IMG/VR virus record: IMGVR_UViG_3300020438_000244
Span: 1-25,669 of that record
Direction: 5' to 3' (one strand)
DNA length: 25,669 bases
Source of the DNA: a virus
Lineage: Duplodnaviria; Caudoviricetes
Positions 21,201-25,450 of the stretch are shown one piece after another (position 1 is the stretch's first letter; each line of letters begins with the position of its first letter). Made by a program: the position numbers and the translations under genes. Below the pieces are notes generated by a model. It was not told where the DNA came from. It saw only the letters and a list, made by a program, of their open reading frames with translations, and did no database searches.

Positions 21201-22340
21201 TGTATCGTTAGATCTAACAACATTAGTAGATGTAATAATTCCAGTTACACCAGTACAATTTAAAAATTGGTTGATAGTTTTATCAGTATAATCAATATGT
21301 GTATTAATACCAGAAACTAAAGTACCAGTAGCTCCAAATCCAACAGTAGAATCTACAGTAATTATAGAAGAACCAATAGATACATCACCTATAGCTTTTG
21401 TTTTTCCTGGAACATTAAAACTACCAGTAATATACTCTTCATCATCATATCCAATAAAAACGTCTAAAGAATAATAAAAAGATGTTGTAGAAATACCACT
21501 AAGATATTCAACTTCAGATATTGATGCAGATGTAAGCGAATCTGCAGTTTTTGTTATCGTTTGTCCTTTTAATTTTAAAGGATTTCCTGATAAACTTTCA
21601 GCAATTATTCTTTCTCTTCTAACATATTTTGCAGAAGATGGTTTAATTAGATATTCTTCAAGATCAACAACTTTTGGATCGACACCATATAATACTTGGA
21701 AAAGAATTCTAAATGATTCTTCTGTTCCTTTTGATTCATAAAAACCTCTTGCTTCTTTTATAAAATTATTAACATCTAATCCAGGAACAAACTCACTATT
21801 TTCTAAACCAGGTGTAAGAGAAAATCTAACTTTATTGTAAAATTCTTTTAAAAATAAAGCACTTAAATTTTGAACACGTGAATTCTCAAGATGAGTAGAC
21901 TCTTCACTTGATGAGAATACTAATTCTCCTGGAGCGTTCTCTTGATGATATGTTGTTATTCCACTAAATCCACGAACACATCCAGTAAAACTATTAGTTG
22001 TTAATCCAGTATATGTAATAATTTCATCATTAATCTTAAAAAGACCATATTGATCAGGAAATCCTTTAGTGCTATCAACGTTGATAGTTTCATTATCAGT
22101 TCCAATTCCAGAAGTAATTGTAGTATATCCAACTACTGCTTCTGGAGTTAAATTATTTAATTTTAAATATTGATCTAAATTATCAGTAATATCAACTGGA
22201 CCACCACGATATTCTTGTGAAATATAATATTGTTTTAGAAAATCAACTGCTTTTGGACTTTCGGATAGTACAAATTCTGGAAGCTGATTGTCAACAATTT
22301 GTTGTATCTGAACTCTCTTATCAATTCCCGTAGATATCAT
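9231..22340 (-). CDS. gp7: Giant baseplate wedge initiator gp7 (4369 aa) with YHYH-like and multiple inserted beta-domains
   Basis: 13.1-kb ORF between gp6 and gp8. gp7-like motifs FYESKGTEESFRILFQVLYG (~21690-21745) and YYQTLSYTVKS...LVHTSGLKNF (~14800-14920). ATGA overlap with the gp6 stop. Confidence 0.85.
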   Translation of the reverse strand: MISTGIDKRVQIQQIVDNQLPEFVLSESPKAVDFLKQYYISQEYRGGPVDITDNLDQYLKLNNLTPEAVVGYTTITSGIGTDNETINVDSTKGFPDQYGLFKINDEIITYTGLTTNSFTGCVRGFSGITTYHQENAPGELVFSSSEESTHLENSRVQNLSALFLKEFYNKVRFSLTPGLENSEFVPGLDVNNFIKEARGFYESKGTEESFRILFQVLYGVDPKVVDLEEYLIKPSSAKYVRRERIIAESLSGNPLKLKGQTITKTADSLTSASISEVEYLSGISTTSFYYSLDVFIGYDDEEYITGSFNVPGKTKAIGDVSIGSSIITVDSTVGFGATGTLVSGINTHIDYTDKTINQFLNCTGVTGIITSTNVVRSNDTIIGYENGDISKPVELRITGVLAEFIPDDNTNLVIEGERILVKSLGERIENPIINKTNKEVHFNSWIYNTAASYQCTNEVTGIFDDATLPLIVPIDRTTFKVGDTVEVLYRTSNELDFKQVKPLKNGDTTTKIISIDTVDNKITIGQDLVADSNTFYNVRRVLNKVNSKQDFGAPIKYGNNTLTADIQNTYNEADENIYVASNSLPSYEIEKNISEIEITSITASGASPSIQGYDAANTSYNILSFSEQVPFVTGDAVVYTKPTDAVGILTEGVYYVENLSETNKIKLYPDQAFVDSGIGTVGFLNAIGFGNLPSGITTNSTHKFTLLKHHHQEIDAQRLLKKYPLSRDLKSSSSTETISGPVGMLINGVQIENCKSDDAIFYGNIDNIKIATGGHNYDVVNPPNITIGVGVGNTALATAVVRGDIKKIQIDPQDFDVDDVRSIKITGGNAKDVVLNPVVKKRNRELEFDGRLVNNGGDVDSVNETLKFSQTNHNLRSGDVIVYNNNGSPNLGIGTFDGNNLADYETLDNGSSYWVQSLGISSVYLYRSEKDYTAGINTVGFTAVAKEGLHKFRLKHAKNTLTSVDIVNGGTFENRQVSISAVGISTVNSTFTFKNHGFSEGELVDYRTTGTSIGISTDGTGIQYKIIKINDDSFRLANAGVGGTLTSDYITNNYASFTNKGTGYQVVKYPDITISVDAAYRVATSDKINLIPIISGKIVDTVLYEKGSGYGSTDVINYENSPNITIKNGNSRNNKLILPALKPIVASASTLTTDSSGEIIGVQINSGGDEYFSTPELIVEGDGFAAELRPIIDKDTSSSTYNRIIDVKVLNRGTGYTQDKTTIKVVPAGSGAIFDAFIRKLNLNSIQNDAPYSSKYTYELLSPSKYGLRYSLVGYSTDIGYNNFNDIGGVHSPIIGWAYDGNPIYGPWGYSDALNSNSDIKILDTGYSASISNIEDRPPSFSAGFFAQDFVYSSGDLDIHNGRYCKTPDYPDGTYAYFVGVATNFATGKLDAKYPYFIGHSYKSNPTVVDEVGEINQDYDFNNSNLIRNTFPYKVSENFVNNDFIINSDNIQQQLTTVDSVTQGTVESLQVINSGDNYKVGDDLTFNNDGTNGSGLSAFVDSIKGKSIQEINTTYSVYDNVDIIWKDSKTVSAYISTSHSLLNGDNVVISGVTTSAIKGLTGSHRIGVTTTNTVLYKEVAVNHSVGVITDIFVGRIPELISIGSSIGIGTENLEVINKFDDRNILRVRRGVVGTAHTVSSLVNLIPSFVDIPLKVDYFESQLDDVVYFNPREAIGICTIVGLSSSINVSVGDTVNSVDVPCQSIYLPNHPFKKNQQITLNIPATGSNIAVSTDGTVPGGYSLINNTNLYVINKSSDYIGVTSELQSSVGTGNTIENGLFFLGNGAYNFEYYFQSNFSQVQADVETINAKVALTTSHTLPEQSIVDLIVEPTQSVGIATTGSNISLLYNSSIEKLVINPISFTSGINIVTDAITLTSHGLKTGDKVYYTGDATITGISQVTRGYFVYRIDDNTIQLCKTYKDSTVYPPVNVDFATAGSNHTISLINPPISIIKNNSLVFDVKDSSLSGYNFKFYLDNDFKNEFVSTGSTSLTSVTSEGTIGSGTTATVTLNYSEFNPQVLYYNLEKSGFISTSDIDVVNGSKVYYDTHQYSEYNGKYSIIGVGDTSFNILLRNKPNVLKYAAAEDEGNSFKTGIGTIRYTTKSTRDIGPVENIGINFGGLGYKKLPEFVSVASTQGTNAQILPRSTTANKIKESTINNIGFEYPSDKTLLPIAQISPVISLRDYNVVKSIEILDGGQDYQTDPTLIIIDANSRKPNFSGSIIASVSESSQAIESIKIVSEPKGIDVAAAISLDNTNGITVTSVSVASTIVTDTNSGVVTFTLSTPIVGFATDPFVVGDTFFLENIENEWEGDTINSANNGYSFYTVTNTYNTKPSLGNNPYKFEFNLLGICNNPGLAKTAQTYASVVNYNKYPKFKITQEAASFSSNERVLVYDGKEFIERNLIVDKIGNDYIKILGKYQLKVNDIIKGSYTGSIATINQLSPNTGKFKVDYSSRRELGWIDNIGKLNEDYQVIPDNDYYQTLSYTVKSPIEYQKLLDPVNSLVHTSGLKNFADTTITQVSPKIGTGSVDVTTINRDLTSTENRIDAINNFDLVRDDSILTNPQRSKYIQFRTRELVNYFKCLTNRVLDIDNISPLFSNASNNIKTDGSLSLVNPFGRFLVQARNPSTSAIQFTEVLTSIDYINKNIYTIQKGVLGAGGTTANYSELVDIEGDKNEVDVYSLKFNPVDIYDADLDIKVFENTFSNAIGVGTDTSLGFVSLTGINNNAGSSSSISLVSSNISDIESYFASIEVRDNFANETNIFDFYVTHDGTNSYVANYSFETNTPNFIGTFTSQLDSNILSLNYENDRSNNVSVQSRVVGFGTTAAGIGTYRFKTTAQPDGSENSLRIQSSYSNVSTSSTILEFNKTKVSSVKNIIRASIGNTSAIHQIMMAHDGTDAYIVQYPFISIGSTSGIGTFTSQLNGSDFELVFHPDISGTIQIQSYSEVFNTDIDLINIPSDLTYGAAVDSQSLVQYDSLNGDRADSKSFKLRHKNVPIFGKYIDPQVGIALTSGIITIENHFFNDKERIIYTPGSSIEGVGIASIQTDGNPLPSELYVLKIDDNQFNVALSQADANAGISTTFTSFGTGNYHLFEMFKKNEKSLITLDNVIQTPLSYTPVTTTLFNNVSGQVSISTTVLGIAGISSIILNDILKIGEEYVKVNNVGYAVTNVGPVGVDTGTISMIEVERGFVGSSATTHADADTVRLYKGGFNIVGDSIYFSEAPRGTNVTEKTESNRDAGRSDFSGRVYLRNDYSTNAVFDDVSTDFTGIGRTFTTTIGGGNTIGLSTGSSLVVINGIFQNPTTETNLSNNYTLDGNDALGITSFVFSGITSTNGSIIISDDDINQNQLPRSGDIISIGSSGGLGIAPLVGAAVTAVLAGAGQSIVSVGLGTTDFHGSGYNTGGTIAIGVTDIAYEHRFVSAGINSVTANAGGPFTVTDATFDSSSGVMVLTIPAHGLTISNTVGIATSSIGFTCESDNYTTTKLYPRLTDPAHNATLAITAVTTDTITVGVGSAGGSGTGAVITATVVDYNEHIFVSAVGSGITANAGGPFTANAADYDPVSGILTVTTTATHGFTSAGFQTATNAIYNPVVGIVTIITTGNHGYSNGDYVKVAENSLTFTCAKDGNQTNHSYPRRTDPIFNKWIQIADVTSNTFEIQVLNSTPSTDVSAHTYVSAAASGIQKANNTVGIGTSTLTFTCAQDMHTTTHSYPRPVKLLGSVSDPAHNSTLGIEDVLSTTKFTVNVGRSPAGSGGALKFTVGAGGTGYINPRILPPSPSYNNLPIQGISRLGLGLTTDTGRGLTVNIDVAAAATTGIGSNLYEVSQFKFPTKGTSFRKGDVFRPVGLVTDRLVYEPSTDFRFTVNEVFTDTFGSWNVGEFDFIDSIESLQDGERRRFPLKFNDELVAFRADSSSSIDVNNLLLIFVNGVLQEPEFAYSFYGGTSFIFTEAPDENDKVTIFFYKGSNDDISFTDVTETVKEGDEVQIMKRNGVDESLTQNKRTIIGITTSDVIETNLYYKQGIDETTYRPLKWIKQKTDKVINGNIIDKSRLQIEPLVFPNAGIISDIQSTDDILYVDSVDLFEYDSPVNFDIRIVDQSQNPERASLTAVVSAAGTVQSINVTSGGVGYVGVSTSISIGAPQTGITTFVQADGSIGIGTTATATATITGGVISAVTVVNPGLGYTTASVPQVIAPLPILAQETISDVSDVKGFSGIITGISTASGSGSNPLALHFFLEKDTGTFADLENGYPIYIFDTSVGSGVTSHTAHGTPLGIGATFLDNIYQINSINRTANKADFIANVDPNANIIGIGTTGGGIGKFSWGRLTGFSRSSNPVSIAVSSKTVSGLTTFPHTQRRDSGLRKTGAIKNTT
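11100..12095 (-). repeat. Three copies of a ~100-aa repeat domain inside gp7 (HG...FTC..D.....YPR..DP...), one nested in another
   Basis: FTCESDNYTTTKLYPRLTDPAHN, FTCAKDGNQTNHSYPRRTDPIFN and FTCAQDMHTTTHSYPRP...DPAHN. TANAGGPFT occurs twice. The DNA 15-mer attatgagcaggatc is shared at ~11163 and ~11859. Confidence 0.8.
18150..18480 (-). other. YHYH-like domain segment within gp7
   Basis: HSPIIGWAYDGNPIYGPWGY ... GDLDIHNGRYCKTPDYPDGTYAYF ... YPYFIG matches the recalled YHYH protein family pattern. Confidence 0.75.
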
Positions 22341-24271
22341 GCCCTTATTAAATCTCCGTTTGTATAACTAGAAGTAACTTTATAACCAACACCAGATATT
22401 TGATCGCCAGATGAAATAGTGTCTTTTACCATATTTATGGTGCTATCAGATATGCTAAATTTTAAATACAAATCTTTAAGTCCAATAATATCATTTGAGT
22501 CTGGAAATGCTTGTACCTCTATTACATTATTAGATTTCACTGTTGATGTTATATTAATTGTAGTTAAATTAATTTCACCTTTTATATAATCAACAGTTCC
22601 TGCTTCTTCAACAACAACTATCTTATCATTATTCAATTCTTTAACAATTGATATTGTACCAGTCAATTTATCTGCATTTGGAGTATCTGTTAAATATACA
22701 GTTTCTGATACACCCAAAACAGTGAATCCAGTACTCTTAATATTCAATCCTTCTGGTTTTACATTAAATTGATTTCCAAAACAAAGTTCATATTGAACAT
22801 AACGATTTAATAATGCATTTAAATTTCTCCTAATTCTTACTTTTGTTATATTAGAAGTTATAGCAGTATTGATATTATCAATTACACCTAAAACTTTACT
22901 ATATTTAAATCTTCCACCAAACTTGTTGATGTCAACTGAATTAGAATAAAGTGTAAGTCCACTAATAGTCTTTGTTTTTAATTCTTCAATAGCTTCTACT
23001 TTAGAATTGTCATAATAAATGTAAGAATCTAATTCAATATAAAGAACCTTCAAATCTAGAATTTTTTGATTTATACCAGTTAAGGAATAATTTTTTAAAT
23101 CTGATAATATTCTTGTTTTATCAAAATCAGATACAAAATCACCATTTTGAGGTTTTATAGTAAGAAAAACAGTACCAAATTGAGGTGGATCTAATTCTTC
23201 TCCCCCAACAACAGATACACTTTCAGTATTAGGGTAAATTTGTTGTATTATAGACTCATAATCCCTTGCAGTAACCGCCCTGTATTGTGCTGCATAGAGT
23301 CTAGGAGCAAAATACTTAATAGAGTCTATAGTTTCTATATCACCACCATTACCAGCACGTGAAACAGTGTTTATAATGGGATTATTACCAGTATTTGTAA
23401 ATGGTGTTCCTGTAGCACTCTCTAAAGTTCCAGAAAATACAAAGTTTTCAGAACCATTTCCTTGTGTACCATCAGTAACAATATATTGTACTGTTATTTT
23501 TGCTCCATTTTCTATTTTTTTACCAAAAATACCATCACCAAACAAAAGTTCATATCTTTCATCCTGTATTTCTTGTATTAAGAAAGTTTCTGAATTTCTA
23601 TCAATATTTAAAATATTATCAATTTTCTTATATGGAGTACCAATTAAACCAGTGTTTTGTTGCTCTGCATCTGCAACATACACATACAGTGTTGAAGTAT
23701 CAATAAAAGAATTGTCTAATATAAATCTTTGATCTAAAGATTGATTAACAATAAACGTTTTAGTTAAATATGTTCCTTGATATATTTCAATAGGTTCATT
23801 TCTAGTACCAAATGTTGCTGTTCCATCTAACTGGGTACCATCAATATCAAATTTAGCATCAACAAATACTTCTATATCTTCTGGTATAGAAAAACTAACG
23901 GTTGTATTATCTTGATTCCCAGTACCCACTAATCCTGCTTTTAAGATTAATGTAGGGGTTAATACATTACTGATATTATTAATAAAAACAGATGCCTTAG
24001 AAGCGGTTCTAGAGCGTGGTACATAACCTATATTCCTTGCCAACGAAACAACATTCTCCCTGACAGTTGCTGAATCTAAGAAAGACTCATTAACTACCAT
24101 ATTGGAGTTAAACGCTGTAATATAGGTATTATACGCTAGAGTATCAATTAAGACGGAAAAATTAGAACCTTCGAAGTCAAAATCGGTAAAATTCGAGTTT
24201 GCACGAAGATAATCCTTAATGGATGTCTTTATTTGCTCAAAATCTAGGTTTGTAAATTTAGTAACAGGCAT
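22337..24271 (-). CDS. gp6: Baseplate wedge subunit gp6 (644 aa)
   Basis: FTDFDFEGSNFSVLIDTLAYNT, ESFLDSATVRENVVSLARNIGYVPRS, YELLFGDG and RAVTARDYE are gp6/baseplate-J motifs. Length is close to T4 gp6 (660 aa). Confidence 0.93.
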   Translation of the reverse strand: MPVTKFTNLDFEQIKTSIKDYLRANSNFTDFDFEGSNFSVLIDTLAYNTYITAFNSNMVVNESFLDSATVRENVVSLARNIGYVPRSRTASKASVFINNISNVLTPTLILKAGLVGTGNQDNTTVSFSIPEDIEVFVDAKFDIDGTQLDGTATFGTRNEPIEIYQGTYLTKTFIVNQSLDQRFILDNSFIDTSTLYVYVADAEQQNTGLIGTPYKKIDNILNIDRNSETFLIQEIQDERYELLFGDGIFGKKIENGAKITVQYIVTDGTQGNGSENFVFSGTLESATGTPFTNTGNNPIINTVSRAGNGGDIETIDSIKYFAPRLYAAQYRAVTARDYESIIQQIYPNTESVSVVGGEELDPPQFGTVFLTIKPQNGDFVSDFDKTRILSDLKNYSLTGINQKILDLKVLYIELDSYIYYDNSKVEAIEELKTKTISGLTLYSNSVDINKFGGRFKYSKVLGVIDNINTAITSNITKVRIRRNLNALLNRYVQYELCFGNQFNVKPEGLNIKSTGFTVLGVSETVYLTDTPNADKLTGTISIVKELNNDKIVVVEEAGTVDYIKGEINLTTINITSTVKSNNVIEVQAFPDSNDIIGLKDLYLKFSISDSTINMVKDTISSGDQISGVGYKVTSSYTNGDLIRA

Positions 24272-24272
24272 A

Positions 24273-24671
24273 TTATCTTGTGGCTTCTAATATGAATTGA
24301 AATGCTTGGGTAGGAAATTGCTGTCCAATGACATCAAAGTATATATTTACTTCAAATTCATTGCTATCTGGTCTAGGAAGTACTTCAACTTCCAAATTAT
24401 CTACTCTTGGTTCGTAATTATCTATTGTTGTCTCAATTTGTTGCTGTATGACTGAGGCAGTACCAAAATCTACGAAGTCAAAAAGACTAGATCTAACGTC
24501 ACTACCTAAATTTGGGTTAAAAAACCTCTCTCTAGGGATAGTTTGGACTAAATTTCTTACAGATCTCTTGATTGCGTTCGCATCTTTGAGTACTGAGATG
24601 TCTTTTGTTACAGGATGCATGTTAAAGGACAGACTAATATCTTTAAATGATCTAGATATCCTTGTTTTCAT
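24273..24671 (-). CDS. gp25: Baseplate wedge subunit gp25 (132 aa)
   Basis: FKDISLSF..HPVTKDI, AIKRSVRNLVQT...ERFFNPNLGS and YEPRV are gp25/GPW family signatures. Same length as T4 gp25. Confidence 0.93.
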   Translation of the reverse strand: MKTRISRSFKDISLSFNMHPVTKDISVLKDANAIKRSVRNLVQTIPRERFFNPNLGSDVRSSLFDFVDFGTASVIQQQIETTIDNYEPRVDNLEVEVLPRPDSNEFEVNIYFDVIGQQFPTQAFQFILEATR

Positions 24672-24695
24672 TCATTTTAAGCAGTTTTCTAGATT

Positions 24696-24703
24696 TATTT
24701 ATA
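24696..24703 (-). promoter_or_regulatory. T4-type late promoter TATAAATA upstream of gp25
   Basis: tatttata at 24696-24703, intergenic, 24 nt upstream of the gp25 ATG and just downstream of a terminator. A second near-match AATAAATA lies at 24719-24726. Confidence 0.85.
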
Positions 24704-24733
24704 CTCATTTTATTGAAATATTTATTAAGCATT

Positions 24734-24760
24734 AAAAAATGCCCCCGAAGGAGCATTTTT
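24734..24760 (-). terminator. Rho-independent terminator with cUUCGg tetraloop
   Basis: Minus strand reads AAAAATGCTCC-TTCG-GGGGCATTTTTT: stem with one G-U pair, UUCG loop closed by C-G, and a U6 tract. Starts 2 nt after the stop of the 48-aa ORF. Confidence 0.92.
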
Positions 24761-24762
24761 AG

Positions 24763-24909
24763 TCATTTTCCTTGCCCTCTACGCCTTTTACGAGCCGAGT
24801 TACGGGATGTTGCCGAGTATTTTGAGTGTTTCCCGTGTCCTTGACGAGATTTTTTGGGTATTGACTCAACGAAAATATCTCCATTAAGTCCAGTTTTTGC
24901 TTTTGCCAT
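24763..24909 (-). CDS. Small highly basic protein (48 aa) MAKAKTGLNGDIFVESIPKKSRQGHGKHSKYSATSRNSARKRRRGQGK; not in ORF track
   Basis: Hand translation from ATG 24909 to TGA 24763. Fills the gap between the 120-aa ORF and the terminator. The RGQGK C-terminus recalls small basic proteins of marine phages. Confidence 0.82.
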   Translation of the reverse strand: MAKAKTGLNGDIFVESIPKKSRQGHGKHSKYSATSRNSARKRRRGQGK

Positions 24910-24923
24910 AATTTTTTAGTAAT

Positions 24924-25286
24924 TTAAGTAGTTCCGACACCCACATTAGGTGTCCAAGGTACTCCACCTGCAACTTTAGGTTTATTAAAGAAAGTTTCAA
25001 AGGATCCATTAAGTATTGACATCCATGGTTTATTAAATCCATGCATACATTCCCATGACCATTGTGCCTTTACCCATTCTAAGACTTGACTTTCAGTAAG
25101 ATCCTCATATGGTATCATAGCACCTTCAGGACGTTTGAGTCTACAGGTTTCTGTAAATTGGATTGCATGAGTAGGATCATTATTAGCAATACCTACTATT
25201 ACAACATCTACTGCATAGACGTAACCATCGTCTATTTCTCTTTGCATTGTCCAAATGCTCCATTTGGTTGTATATGGGACAGTCAT
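24924..25286 (-). CDS. Hypothetical protein (120 aa) resembling small marine-phage tail-fibre-associated proteins
   Basis: W-S-I..M.R...DG.V, IPYEDLTESQVLEWVK and GVPW pattern, recalled from small proteins often found near fibre genes. ATGA overlap with the upstream 55-aa ORF. Function is inferred. Confidence 0.75.
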   Translation of the reverse strand: MTVPYTTKWSIWTMQREIDDGYVYAVDVVIVGIANNDPTHAIQFTETCRLKRPEGAMIPYEDLTESQVLEWVKAQWSWECMHGFNKPWMSILNGSFETFFNKPKVAGGVPWTPNVGVGTT

Positions 25287-25450
25287 TTTACTATTTCTGT
25301 TTTTAAATCTGTTGGGTGGGGTATGCCAGTATCATAATAATCTTGTGCTAAGTCTTCAAGTTTATCAAAGCATTCTTCCTCTGTAAGGTTCTCGAAGATT
25401 ATCGAGTCGTTACAGAGGATATTATACTTATATGACTCTTGTTTTTTCAT
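25283..25450 (-). CDS. Small acidic hypothetical protein (55 aa) MKKQESYKYNILCNDSIIFENLTEEECFDKLEDLAQDYYDTGIPHPTDLKTEIVK; not in ORF track
   Basis: Hand translation. ATG at 25450 overlaps the last 23 nt of the glycosyltransferase-like gene, and the TGA at 25285-25283 overlaps the next ATG (ATGA). It exactly fills an otherwise empty gap. Confidence 0.78.
   Translation of the reverse strand: MKKQESYKYNILCNDSIIFENLTEEECFDKLEDLAQDYYDTGIPHPTDLKTEIVK

Noticed and set aside
249-22340. Intein, intron or homing endonuclease as an explanation of the giant ORF sizes
   Set aside because: No C/S-start...HN-C/S/T splice motifs, LAGLIDADG, HNH or GIY-YIG motifs or reading-frame interruptions were seen. 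Size is explained by repeated beta-domains.
24763-24790. GQG at the end of the basic peptide as a release-factor GGQ or ribosome-rescue motif
   Set aside because: The residue order differs (GQG, not GGQ) and there is no room for a release-factor domain, so the similarity is only compositional.
20743-24844. Plus-strand ORFs 20743-20982, 23367-23732, 23500-23706, 24448-24735 and 24662-24844
   Set aside because: They are antisense to gp7, gp6, gp25 or the 48-aa gene, or run across the terminator and promoter.
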